DNA of 64,000 bases, from NCBI RefSeq assembly GCF_001194135.2, contig NC_068985.1, forward strand, positions 64,012,165-64,076,164. Direction: 5' to 3'. The notes beneath the pieces were generated by a model. That model saw nothing but the letters and a program-made list of their open reading frames with translations, had not been told where the DNA came from and did not search any database. Positions 40,600 to 53,197 of this stretch are shown here, one piece after another (the stretch's first letter is position 1; each line of letters opens with the position of its first letter). Source of the DNA: Octopus bimaculoides. Taxonomy: Eukaryota. Made by a program: the position numbers and the translations under genes.

Positions 40600-41698
40600 G
40601 AAGTTAAATTGGACACTAAACTCCACTTGCAAAGACCTATTGAGGCAAGTGAAATTGAAATTGAGTTAAATTGGACACTAAACTCCACTTGCGAAGACCT
40701 GTTGAGGCAAGTGAAATCGAAATCGAATTAAATTGGATACTAAACTTCACTTGTGAAGACATGTCGAGGAAAGTGAAATCGAAATCGAGTTAAATTCGAC
40801 GACTGGCACCCATGCCAACGTCGTCTCCTTCATTGGGATATGAAACTCAGCTTGCGAAGACTTATTGGGGCAAGCGAAAGTGAAATCGTGATGGCACCTG
40901 TACCCAGCGTCGCCTTTCTGGCACTTGTGCCTGCAGCATGTGTAAGGACTTTCGAGCGAGATCGCTGCAAGTGCCCCTAGACTGGCGCTTGTGCGGGTGG
41001 CACATAAAATACACCATTTTGAGCGTGGCCGTTGCCAGTTCCGCCTGACTGGCCTTCGTGCGGATGGTACGTAAAAGCACCCACTACACTCTCTGAGTGG
41101 TTGGCATTTAGGAAAGGCATCCAGCCGTAGAAACTCTGCCAAATGCTGTGTGTGAGAAGACTCGGCAAGCTAAGTGAGACCTAAATCTAAGGCCTCAGCC
41201 AGTCCACTTATGCGTACCTTCCTTCATTGGACACCAAACTCCACTTGCGAAGACCTGTTGAGGCAAGTGAAATCGAAATCGAGTTAAATTGGACACTAAA
41301 CTCCACTTGCGAAGGCCTGCTGAGGCAAGTGAAATCGAAATCGAGTTAAATTGGATGACTGGCACCCATGCCAACATCGTCTCCTTCATTGGACACGAAA
41401 CTCAGCTTGCGAAGACTTATTGGGACAAGCGAAAGCGAAATTGTGATGGCACCTATGCCCAGCATCACCTTTCTGGCACTTGTGCCAGCTGCATGTCTAA
41501 GGACTTTCAAGTAAGATCGTTGCCAGTGCCCCTGGACTGGCTCTTGTGCGGGTGGCACATAAAATACACCATTTTGAGCGTGGCCGTTGCCAGTACCGCC
41601 TGACTGGCCTTCATGCCGGTGGCACTTAAATGCACCCTCTACACTCTCTGAGTGGTTGACGTTAGGAAGGGCATCCAGCTGTATAAACTCTGCCAAAT
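40600..41698 (+). mobile_element. Two tandem RTE 3' ends with about 62-bp internal tandem units
   Basis: ttggacactaaactccacttgcgaagacctgttgaggcaagtgaaatcgaaatcgagttaaa occurs three times from about 40609 and twice from about 41228. Confidence 0.88.
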
Positions 41699-42251
41699 NN
41701 NNNNNNNNNNNNNNNNNNNNNNNNNNNNNNNNNNNNNNNNNNNNNNNNNNNNNNNNNNNNNNNNNNNNNNNNNNNNNNNNNNNNNNNNNNNNNNNNNNNN
41801 NNNNNNNNNNNNNNNNNNNNNNNNNNNNNNNNNNNNNNNNNNNNNNNNNNNNNNNNNNNNNNNNNNNNNNNNNNNNNNNNNNNNNNNNNNNNNNNNNNNN
41901 NNNNNNNNNNNNNNNNNNNNNNNNNNNNNNNNNNNNNNNNNNNNNNNNNNNNNNNNNNNNNNNNNNNNNNNNNNNNNNNNNNNNNNNNNNNNNNNNNNNN
42001 NNNNNNNNNNNNNNNNNNNNNNNNNNNNNNNNNNNNNNNNNNNNNNNNNNNNNNNNNNNNNNNNNNNNNNNNNNNNNNNNNNNNNNNNNNNNNNNNNNNN
42101 NNNNNNNNNNNNNNNNNNNNNNNNNNNNNNNNNNNNNNNNNNNNNNNNNNNNNNNNNNNNNNNNNNNNNNNNNNNNNNNNNNNNNNNNNNNNNNNNNNNN
42201 NNNNNNNNNNNNNNNNNNNNNNNNNNNNNNNNNNNNNNNNNNNNNNNNNNN
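41699..42251. other. Assembly gap (N run); other gaps near 27.1k, 36.1k, 42.9k, 49.1k, 52.3-52.9k, 54.3-54.45k and 55.2k
   Basis: N characters; ORF-track entries made of X are artefacts. Confidence 0.99.
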
Positions 42252-43125
42252 CAAAATGGTCCTCTTCCATGTCTGCTTCGGGCATCCTTGCTTCCTTTAC
42301 CCCTGTGGGTTCCAGTCAAGTGCTTGTCGTGTTACATTTGAGGGTTCTTTCCGCAGTGTGTGTCCGATCCATCTCCATTTCCTTTGTCTAATCTAAACAT
42401 GTATGGGCTCCTGGTTGGCCCTTTCCCACAAGTCGGTGTTTGGCACTTTGGCGAACTACTTCAGATGGAGGATCTGCCAGAGACATTTGTTGATGAAGGT
42501 TTGGATCTTCTTGTAGTTGCTGCAGGTGGCTCTCCAGGTTTCAGAGCCATACAAAAGCACAGATTTTAAGTTTGAACTAAATAAGCGGAGTTTAGTTTGA
42601 GTTGAGATGGCAGTGGACTTCCATACCGGCCAAAGAATAGCGAAAACTTGCCAGGTCTTCTTGCTTCTTGCAGTGATGTCCTTGTCTGATCCACCTGGTT
42701 TGCTGATCTTGCTGCCAGGATAGACAAACTCACTAACGTCCTCCACTGGTTTCCCCTCGATTGTGGTTGGCTCTTCCTGCTTGTTGTTGATACGTAGCAC
42801 TTTTGTCTTTTCCTGGCTGATCCTCAAGCCCACTCGCCGTGAAGTTTCTCTCTGGTGGTCTACCTTATCTTGCATGTCTTGCAGGCGATGTGACAGNNNN
42901 NNNNNNTCTGGTGGTCTACCTTATCTTGCATGTCTTGCAGGCGATGTGACAGTAGCACGAGATCATCTGCGTAGTCCAAGTCCTTCAGCTTGTTCATCAG
43001 TGTCCACTAAATACCTTCCCTGGAGGTAGCATAGGCCGTCCTGGTGACCCATTCCAGCACGACGAGGAACAGGAGCGGTGACAACAAACAGCCCTGACAG
43101 ACTCCCATGCTGACTCTGACTATTC
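42252..43125 (-). mobile_element. RTE-clade LINE RT C-terminal fragment (second family)
   Basis: GLRISQEKTKV, FVY.GS.I...GG...DI..R, KSVLLYGSETW, and a W.P.G.R..G-like C-terminus. Confidence 0.88.
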
Positions 43126-43149
43126 AAGTTTGGGATTATGAAAGACATA

Positions 43150-44600
43150 GAGGTCTATTTGAAGACAAAAAGGAGCTATTCTACCGGTATTTTGAAAATA
43201 AATAAAGGCCCACATGAAGTCAAAAAATGCATTGCGTAAGATATAACGTAATATATAAATGCACTGTAACCAATCTGCTACATAACTCTACAGCTGCATA
43301 CATAGGTTCAACTAAAATTTTCAAGCAACGCTATGCAGCCCACCTTCACTCTTTTAGATATGACAAACACAGCAAATCTACAACACAAGCCAACCACATT
43401 CACCACCTCAAAAACACAAATACCCAGTATACTTTAAAATGGTCCATTCTGGACTCTGGAATTCCATACCAGGGCCAGCGCTCTAATTGCAAGCTTTGCT
43501 TAAAGGAGGCGTTCCATATTTTAAAATACAATTCTCCCACTCTACTTAATCGATATAACAAAGCACTTAGCACCTGTAATCACCGTTTTTTCCATACATT
43601 CAAATTCTATCACAGACACAAATGCACAAATGACCACACAACATACTCACACAACTCCCTATAGGTAACCAACTCGAATTAACAAACTGGTCCCCCTTCT
43701 ACCATCTTTAGAATAGGTTTAACTATTTTTTAGATTTTATCACTACTAACTCTATTCTCTTATTTTGCTTCCTTCCTTTATACTTTCCTTTGAAAGCCAC
43801 CACCACCATCACCACCTACAGGTTCCTTCATAGCCTGACACTATACACAATTATAAATACCTCTCCACATTACCTCCCCACATTCCTTCTCTCTACATTT
43901 CCATTTCTTTACTAAATTTATGCTTCCACTCCCACATTCTTCCTTTTGCTCCCTCTACTTCTTTTTTCCTTCTTGTCAGTATAACTGACCATATGACTGC
44001 TTACTACTATCAACTATATTTCTCACTTGAATTACTTTTTCCCCCCTTCCTTCCTGTCTTAAGGCTTGACCTCTTAATCCTACACACATCTTTTGAGTAA
44101 ACAACGCACAGAGTACTCTGGATATGATATGATATATATCCACCTTTGCTACTACAATTATCTCCGGAAAATACCCACAAGGATTCTTTACATGGATGTT
44201 TACTGCTGGAATGGAACTATACTCCAAGTACTGTTTCTTCTTTGTTCTTTTTTCTGCGCATCGCTCTCACTTCTTACTACAAATCTCCTCTTATAGATGT
44301 AATAATCCATTCTTCTACTATTACCGTCTCCGATGAAGGGATATATTGGATTTTCCCTGAAACAGCTGTAAGACTTTATATATAAAATATAATTCTAACT
44401 TTGCCATTGGTCTCTTTATCCTTTTCTTTCTTTATACGTACACACGCTAATACACGACCTATGTTATATTCCCCATTCATGTTGCTACAACGACAGGGGC
44501 AAAACTAGTTGGTATACAGCACTTACTCGGTATTACCTGTATCTTTAGGGTTTGGTTGACTCCAATACCCTTCATAACCTTTAAGTATATATATATATAT
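43150..44600 (+). mobile_element. 5'-truncated Penelope-like element (GIY-YIG plus 3' repeat)
   Basis: ORF 43227-43664 reads NVIYKCTV...AYIGSTK.FKQRY..H..SF...W.IL...CKLCLKE...LLNR, followed by a pyrimidine-rich UTR. Confidence 0.88.
44326..44374 (+). ncRNA. Minimal type-I hammerhead ribozyme, U4C core variant
   Basis: gtct-CCGATGA-aggga...tccct-GAAA-cagctg-TA-agac. Stem III is a perfect palindrome; predicted GUA cleavage after 44370. Confidence 0.65.
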
Positions 44601-46197
44601 ATATATATATATAACCAGTAATGAAAAGATAAATATTGCTGACCCTAAGGTTAATAGGCCAATAACTTAGTAACTTAGCTAGCAGCAATTTTCTAATTAC
44701 TGCCATAATTACAACCGACAAGGTAACCATAAAGTCTATAGATAAATGAATGAGCTCAAATTGATGGAAATATATAGTTACTGCATCAGATTCATGTGAA
44801 TCTTGCAAAGTGCATCGAACTTCAAATCACTAATGGTGGAAACTATATTGAAAATGTTATTCATTAATGTAGTTGAATAAAATTATGCAAAATATGCATT
44901 TTGCCTATGTATTCTGACTTCAGTTACTTTGTATAAAAGATTCCCACAAAACTATTGATTCTAATTTAGTCACAAACAATCTTAGAGTCCAAAAAAAAAA
45001 AGAAAAAATGGGAAGGAGTTTTGTTGACAAAAATAAAAATCTTATGTGTTATGAAGTGTGGTGAGTTTTGATATTTTGAACAAAGTTTTTATTCTCAAAG
45101 AGTAAGAACTTTGTCATAAGTCAAAATAGTGCTGAGTTGACAAGATGAAAAACTACCAATTTTAAATCTAATTTCATACTTTGTATTCTAGAAAATTATA
45201 TTTGGAACATTTTTAATATCTCAATCATTGGCTCCAAACTTTGATTAAATACTTTGATTCTCAAACCAAATAACTTAAAGAGGAAATTTTTTTGTGACAA
45301 TCCTTCTACAATAACATGACCTCTAATATATTGTAAATATAAAACTTACAATATAATTTTATAACGAAAAAAGAAACAAAACTGTAATAGAAATACAAGT
45401 TTCTATTACAACAGAGAAGCAAAATAATTTGAATAATTTCTATGTCACTTGATACAAATAACATTATTGTTAGAGTTTACAGAAACCATGCAATAGCACT
45501 GTTAGAAATAATATTTAAGTTAACAGGTCAGACATACTTAGTTTCAGCTTTACTTTTAATTTATATCAAATACAATATAATTAGATTATAACATAAAATA
45601 GCAACTTGGCTTAATTGAATTTGAGAAGCTGAACAAATATGTTTTTATTTATGAACTTTTGAAACAATGAAATTGGAATACAACAAACAAAACTAACTAA
45701 AAACGATAAAGAAAAGAAGTCATGTTTTCTTTAAGTCAAATAAGCAGATGTATACCATAAAAACCTGTGTAATTTACACAGGTGATTTACAGGATAAAAA
45801 TTGTTAAGAAAAGCTTCTACTCATGTAAAATTTGCACCCAAAACTTTTCAGAATTGCCGATATGGCCAGAGGGAAAAGGTTTTCAATTTAGTTGTATTTA
45901 GCATAGATTTTATTAGATTTAGCTTTAGATTTTTAAAAATTTTCATTAAATAAAAATAATTTCTGTTTAACAGGTATCACATTAAAAGCTATTAAATTAC
46001 AAAGTGTTTGTGTTGTCTATATAAATAAAATTAGTTTTGCAGGACTGACACATGTCAGCCTGTTTTACTCACTAGGTATATGCTCTTTCTCCTCCCTTAT
46101 AAGACTGACAGTGTCAGTCTCCTTTAGCCACTCAGTATACCCTCCTTCTCCCTTGACGTTAGCATTCCAATAATAAAAATAAACAAATGAAAAATAT

Positions 46198-46247
<50 letters not shown>

Positions 46248-46559
46248 GGGCATGTAACTGTATCAGACTGTGTGCTTAAGTGTGTTTGTGAGTGTGCATG
46301 TAACTGTATGAGATTGTGAGTGTTTGTATGTGTATGTAACTGTATGAGACTATGTGCGTACACACATGTATGAGGCTGGGTGTTTGTGTGTCTCTGCATA
46401 ACCAGAAATAACTAAATTAATATTTTACAAATTGTGAGCATGTATATATGATATAATGAAGGAAATTGTTGTATACAGTGCTCAGGTGCACTACAACTAA
46501 AAAAAAAAAAAGCCATAAGGTGTACTGTTGGCAGATTTCAGGAAGCATGGCACTTTTGA

Positions 46560-46900
46560 AGGATGTGGTGTCTCAACAGCTAACAACTGATGTGATTAGT
46601 TTATTCCATGCTTCAGCAATTCAGAGCATGAAAAAATGTTTCTGAAAGTCATTGGTGCTGTGTTGTTTTTTGATCTTATAAGCATGTCCGTGAGTGTTTG
46701 TCATATGGAATTTAAAAAGGTGCCCAAGGTTGTTGTTGGGAAGATGGTGGATAAGCTTTCTTGTTTATAATAAACTTCATTTTACATTGCTTACCTACAA
46801 GAGATTATGTCTGATCTTTAGCATCACAGGATCACAGGAAAAGTTGTTGATAAGAATCATCAATGAAAACAAAGCTGATAAATACACACAGATGTAGCAA
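46560..46900 (-). mobile_element. Fragment of the same CR1-like 3' end as 26660-26960, in inverted orientation
   Basis: atatggaatt.aaaaaggtgcc.aaggt.gttgttgg.aagatggtggataa is the reverse complement of about 26820-26875. Confidence 0.75.
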
Positions 46901-47249
46901 ATTAAGTTTAATTACCAATAAACATCAGCTTCGGTGACACTTTACTCAACCGAGTAAAATATGTAAAATATGGTCCAGACCATGATTACCAGTATGTACA
47001 TCAGACTTCAAAAAGTAGTTAACCATTTCATGGTTTTAGTAAATTTATACAGAGAAAGTGAGCATTATACCAACCAGCATAAATAAAAGTCAACTTCATC
47101 GTATTTAAGTTCATTAAATGAGTCAACTTCTGGTGCGAATGTTTACATTTTGTATGTCTTTTTACAACAAAAATAATTTCTAAAAAAATTCTGGAAATGA
47201 TCTAGTCATGTAATTTACGCACCCACTAAAGTTCATTTTTATTTCTACA

Positions 47250-47760
47250 AAAAAAAAGTGCATGAATTACATGGGTTTTTATGGTACTTAGATTCTTAAG
47301 TTTCAGCCAGTATTGGCCCAGGCCATGTCTAACTTAATAGCACCATATCAGAAATATTATTGATATATTGTAAATAGCAAGATGGATTGGGTTTTTTCCA
47401 ATCAGAGACAGAGACAGTTTGGTATGTATCTTCTCTAACACCTTACAATGTCTATCTGTATCTTTACTAAGATCTATATTCAGTACAGATTTTAGTTGGA
47501 TTGCATTAAGGATATACCAAATAATTAAGGTGGCACCAAGTAAAAATGATAATTAGCAAGTAAATTCCATATGAGGTTTTATACTAAGCTAAAATATGGT
47601 AGTTCAAAAAATATTTGGCTCTGCATAGAAAAACCCTATCTTCAGAAGTAACCTTGATGCAAGATGCTGTAAGTCAGGTATCATAGAATTTCACCACAAT
47701 GCACTGTCTAGATGATTTACATTTGTTAGTAACTAGAATAGTAATTGTATCTTCAGTGAA
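47250..47760 (-). mobile_element. Decayed L1/Tx1-like RT C-terminal relic
   Basis: KLSLSLIGK...I..I..IW-like remnant; many stops. Confidence 0.3.
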
Positions 47761-48679
47761 CAGCCACATAACAAGTAGAGGTGGGGGGAGAAAAAAGAGA
47801 TGATATATGTAGTGGTGTTGTAGTGAAGAATGAGAACTAGTGTCATCTAGTGGAAACAGAAATAAAGAAAAGAAGACAGTTTTGTGTCATCCCTCATAAT
47901 AGAAAGTTGAGAGGCTATTGTTTATCAGAATTACTGTTAGGAAGTTGTACTAGAGAAGCTAACCAAGAACGTTTGGCAGGAACCCAGAAGATGTTGCAGC
48001 TTGAAAGTTATGAGAACTTTTCCAGATACCTCTTCAATGAATCTATCATCAGCTTCTATTATTATTTTCTACTGCCACCTCTGCCCCCTCCCCAAACCAC
48101 CTCTAACAAAAAGGATACTTTTGTTAAATGTTAGAGTGGGATGAATAATGTTATATTCTATTTTTCTCTATTCCTCAACAACAGCAATAACAAGAACTGT
48201 TGGCTAGCCTGAAGTTATGTTTTATAGACATTAAGATAAAAATTTTCACTTAACATTCACATATATAAATAATACAAAATGGGATAAGAACGTAAAACAT
48301 CCAGACAGCTAGGTGATACAAAGGAGGACAACAAAACATCCAGATAAACGATACAAAGAAAACAGGGATGGGTCATTCGGAGTTTTCTTTCCTCAGTCGA
48401 GTTCCAGAATATATTTGCAATTTTGGCTGGTTATATTCGAGATTGCTCCAATCTGGCCAGTCCCAAGGAAAAACTAAGCTAAGAGCATTAGATTCTTTGG
48501 AAGAAAGCAGTGAATGTATACGAAAAAAAGGACGGAAAAAAAAACGGAGAATGTTAAACAAATACAAATAACAGAACGTAACAACAGGTGTCTTCCAACT
48601 AACATATTTACATATATGTATATATACGCATATATAAATATATATAAAGGAGACCACTAGGTGGACTGCTAAAGTGCTA

Positions 48680-49050
48680 GAAGATCACATGTAATGTGCT
48701 TACTAAGACCAAATTGTTATCAAATGGAATTTAGCGATGTAACAAAAACATATTTGGGCAAGACAAGTGAAAATTACATAAAAAAATACAATTATCTGCA
48801 AACTAGTTTCGAAATTAAAATTTTCTTACCGAAAATATCTGTTTCTCATCAGTACAGACCATTGAATAAGTACAATTTACAGAATCGCATACTAGTTGCA
48901 TGCCACAAGTGGAGAACGTGTACACGGTTCTGTTAAATTATACTTATGGTAAGATTCGAAAGTCTTTGTTTTTGCGCGCAAAATCCGGAAATATCTCCGC
49001 AGAAAAAGGTTTCCATATCGAATATACCAACATAAATAACTCCATTTATT
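48680..49050 (+). mobile_element. Decayed PLE GIY-YIG fragment
   Basis: TKTYLGKTSENYIKKYNY..TSF. Confidence 0.55.
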
Positions 49051-49177
49051 TAATCTTATATATATATATATATATATANNNNNNNNNNNNNNNNNNNNNN
49101 NNNNNNNNNNNNNNNNNNNNNNNNNNNNNNNNNNNNNNNNNNNNNNNNNNNNNNNNNNNNNNNNNNNNNNNNNNNNN

Positions 49178-51590
49178 NGGCTGGTGTAAAGTCCCCTCTC
49201 GACCCAAAGTAACATGGTGGTGGAACAAGGGGGTAGACAGGGTTATTAAAATAAAGAAACGGGCTTGGAAGGACTGGAAGAACGGTGGGAGCAGGGAATT
49301 GTATCAGACTGCCAGAAGGGAAGCTAGGCGACAGGTTTATTTAACTAGAGGGCAAGCACATAAGAAAAAATTTGCCAATGTTCTGCGCCGTAACGACCAA
49401 ACACTTGAAGTATTTCGTGTTGCAAGGCAGTGTGTGCAAGAGAACCATGATGTTGTAGGAGAGAAATGTTTTCACATGGATGATGGTACACTTGCACTAA
49501 ACGAGGCTGCAAAGAAAGAGGTTTCGAGACGCCACTACGAAAGATTGCTCAATAAAGAGAATGAATGGGAGAAAGAGAGTCTGCTGAATGTTGATAAAGC
49601 AATTAAGAGTATGAAAACAGGGAAAGCCTTCGGCCCATCAGGAAACACTGCAGAGATGCTCAAAATATTTGGCAGTGTCAGCTATAGCCTAGTCACCTGT
49701 ATTGCTAACCAGGTGATACACGAAGGAGTCATATCCAATGACTGGTGTAGCAGCACCATTATTAACTGCTACAAAGGTAAAGGTGACGCTTTAGATACAA
49801 ATAATTACAGAGGTATCAAATTGTTAGTAATGAAAGTCACGGAGAGGGTCTTAGCCCAACTAATTAGGGAGCAAGTTAGTTTAGATGAGATGCAGTTTGG
49901 GTTTGTGCCAGGGAAAAGCACCACTGATCCTATATTTCTGGTAAGACAGCTGCAGGAGAAATACCTAGCCAAGGATAAACCTCTGTACCTGGCTTTCGTT
50001 GACATGGAGAAAGCCTTTGACAGGGTCCCCCGATCCTTTATCTGGTGGTCAATGAGGAAACTCGGTATAAAAGAATGGTTAGTGATGACCATGCACTAAT
50101 TGCTGAGTCACTATCAGAACTAGAGGAGAAATTTCAAGTGTTGAAGCAGGGACTAGAATCGAAGGGCCTTGGAGTCAACCTAGCTAAAACCAAAGTCCTA
50201 ATAAGTAGGAAGGTAGACAAAACACAAACCCCTTCAGGTAGATGGCCCTGCTCGATCTGTAGAAAAGGTGTAGGTAGAAACTCTATAAGATGTACCCAGT
50301 GCAAGCTGTGGACACATAAGAGGTGCAGCAATATCAAAGGCAGGTTAACTAGGAAGTTAGTTTTTGTATGTGGCAGATGTTCAGGTGCAATAAACACTGT
50401 AAATATGCAGAAAACAACTTCTGTCTCATTCCAGGGAGGAAAACTATATATAGTTGATAGCTTCCACCATCTGGATGACCAAGTTAGTAGTGGGGGAGGG
50501 TGCGCTGAAAGTGTAGCTGCTAGAATAAGAATAGCCTGGGCAAAGTTCAGAGAGCTCTTACCTCTGCTGGCTACAAAGGGACTCTCACTCAGAGTAAAAG
50601 GCAGACTGTATGACACATGTGTACAAACAGCCATGCTACATGGCAGTGAGACATGGGCCGTGACTGCTGAGTACATTCGTAAGCTCGAAAAGAATGAAGC
50701 CAGTATGCTCCGATTGATGTGTAATGTCAGTGTGCATACTCGACAGAGTGTAAGCACCTTGAGAGATAAGTTGAACCTAAGAAGCATCAGTTGCAGTGTG
50801 CAAGAGAGACGATTTCGCTGGTATGGTCACGTGGCGAGGATGGATGAGGATAGCTGTGTGAAAAAGTGCCACACCCTAGCAGTTGAGAGAACCTGTGGAA
50901 GAGGCAGGCCCAGGAAGACCTGGGATGAGGTGGTGAGGCACAACCTTCAAACATTGGGCCTCAATGAGACGATGACTTCTGACCGAGACCTTTGGAAATA
51001 TGCTGCGCTTGAGAAGAGCCGGCAAGCCAAGTAAGACCTAAATTCAAGGCCTCTGCGAGGGATGTAGGCAGCCCACTTACGCGTAACATTCCTTCATTGG
51101 ACACTAAACTCTGCTTGCGAAGACCTGTTGAAGCAAGTGAAATCGAAATCGAACTAAATTCGACGACTGGCCCCCATACCAACGTCTCCTTCATTGGACA
51201 CTAAACTTAGCTTGCGAAGACCTGTTGGGGCATGTGAAAGTGAAATTGTGAGGGCACCACCGTTCGAGCATGATTGTTACCAGCGTTGTCTTCCTGGCAC
51301 TAGTGCCAGTGGCACCTGAAAAATCATTCGAGCGAGATCGTTACCAGTGCCGCTGGACTGGTTCTTGTGCAGGTGGCACATAAAATACACCATTTTGAGC
51401 ATGACCGTTGCCAGTACCGCCTGAGTGGCCTTCTCGGAGTGGTTGGCTTTAGGAAGGCCTTCCAGCTGTAGAAACTCTGCCAAATCAGATTGGAGCCTGG
51501 TGTAGCCATCTGGTTTCACCAATCCTCAGTCAAATCGTCCAACCCATGCTAGCATGGAAAGCGGACGTTAAACGATGATGATGATGATAT
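49178..51590 (+). mobile_element. RTE LINE copy 1 (internally deleted) with 3' UTR and (gat)n tail
   Basis: RT motifs NYRGIKLL, QFGF.PGKST.D.IF, AFVDMEKAFDRVP. The GV.QGS-YA segment is deleted near 50075. Cys-rich insert; ends ...gcggacgttaaacgatgatgatg. Confidence 0.95.
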
Positions 51591-51595
51591 ATATA

Positions 51596-53130
51596 CAGTG
51601 GGGGGTAATAAATATTCGTACATGTCAAAATTCTTTATTTAATTTCTAATGAACATAAATGGGATATACCAATACTATATTTGCATAAACATGCATAAAC
51701 TAAGAATATGCAAAAGAAACTAATAAATTATAGTAACTAAGGAATTTATATTCAATGAAAAAAGTATTCGTACAGAACATAAATAATCGATAATTTTGAT
51801 TTAATACTTCGTAGCATAACCATTATTCAGTTCCACTTCAACCAATCACTTCTTGTTGTTCTTAATCAATGACTCGCATCTTTCTTTAGGAATTTTTTCC
51901 CATTCTTCTTGACTAATTTTCTTCAAATTTGGAATGTATGTTGGGGCTCTTGAATGAATTTTAATTTTCAAATAACGCCACAAATTTTCAATGGGGTTCG
52001 AGTCAGGTGACTGGCTTGGCCATTCTAATAATTTTATATTGTGATCGACAACACATGTTTTGGTAGACTTCGCCATGTGCTTCGGGCCATTATCCTGTTG
52101 TAAAACCCGCCTTTCACAAAGCTGGAGCTTTTCTACAGAGTCCTATAAATTATTGTTCAAAATATTTTGGTACATCTCTGCATTCATTCTACCATCTATC
52201 GCATGTAAATTGCCAGTGCCATTCGAAGAGAAACACCCCCACATGATGTTGCCACCTCCAAACNNNNNNNNNNNNNNNNNNNNNNNNNNNNNNNNNNNNN
52301 NNNNNNNNNNNNNNNNNNNNNNNNNNNNNNNNNNNNNNNNNNNNNNNNNNNNNNNNNNNNNNNNNNNNNNNNNNNNNNNNNNNNNNNNNNNNNNNNNNNN
52401 NNNNNNNNNNNNNNNNNNNNNNNNNNNNNNNNNNNNNNNNNNNNNNNNNNNNNNNNNNNNNNNNNNNNNNNNNNNNNNNNNNNNNNNNNNNNNNNNNNNN
52501 NNNNNNNNNNNNNNNNNNNNNNNNNNNNNNNNNNNNNNNNNNNNNNNNNNNNNNNNNNNNNNNNNNNNNNNNNNNNNNNNNNNNNNNNNNNNNNNNNNNN
52601 NNNNNNNNNNNNNNNNNNNNNNNNNNNNNNNNNNNNNNNNNNNNNNNNNNNNNNNNNNNNNNNNNNNNNNNNNNNNNNNNNNNNNNNNNNNNNNNNNNNN
52701 NNNNNNNNNNNNNNNNNNNNNNNNNNNNNNNNNNNNNNNNNNNNNNNNNNNNNNNNNNNNNNNNNNNNNNNNNNNNNNNNNNNNNNNNNNNNNNNNNNNN
52801 NNNNNNNNNNNNNNNNNNNNNNNNNNNNNNNNNNNNNNNNNNNNNNNNNNNNNNNNNNNNNNNNNNNNNNNNNNNNNNNNNNNNNNNNNNNNNNNNNNNN
52901 NNNATTTTGTGGCATAGAAACTCATAAATTTATTCTGTACGAATACTTTTTTCACCCCTAAATATTTATAATTGTATATAAATTCTTTAGTTACTATAAT
53001 TTATTAGTTTCTTTTGCATATTCTTAGTATATGCATGTGTATGCAAATATAGTATTGGTATATCCTATTTATGTTCATTAGAAATTAAATAAAGAATTTT
53101 GACATGTACGAATATTATTTCCCCCCACTG
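51596..53130 (-). mobile_element. Tc1 (DD34E) element with long IR/DR-type TIRs
   Basis: TA|cagtggggggtaa...ttccccccactg|TA, with about 200-bp TIRs and an inner repeat aaaagtattcgtacagaa. QDNGPKH...WPSQSPDSNPIE gives 34 residues between D2 and E. The centre is an N gap. Confidence 0.92.

Positions 53131-53197
<67 letters not shown>

Noticed and set aside
40609-40796. Regular repeats of about 62 bp resembling a CRISPR array
   Set aside because: The units are contiguous without unique spacers, belong to the RTE 3' UTR, and the DNA is eukaryotic with no cas genes.
46789-46815. ctcttgTAG|GTAAGC as a further recursive site
   Set aside because: The pyrimidine tract is short, the donor is non-optimal, and it lies inside a LINE relic; kept only as a weak candidate.
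48836-48853. Minus-strand CTGATGAGAAAC hammerhead-like core
   Set aside because: There is no stem II between the core halves, and it is the antisense of a PLE coding relic.
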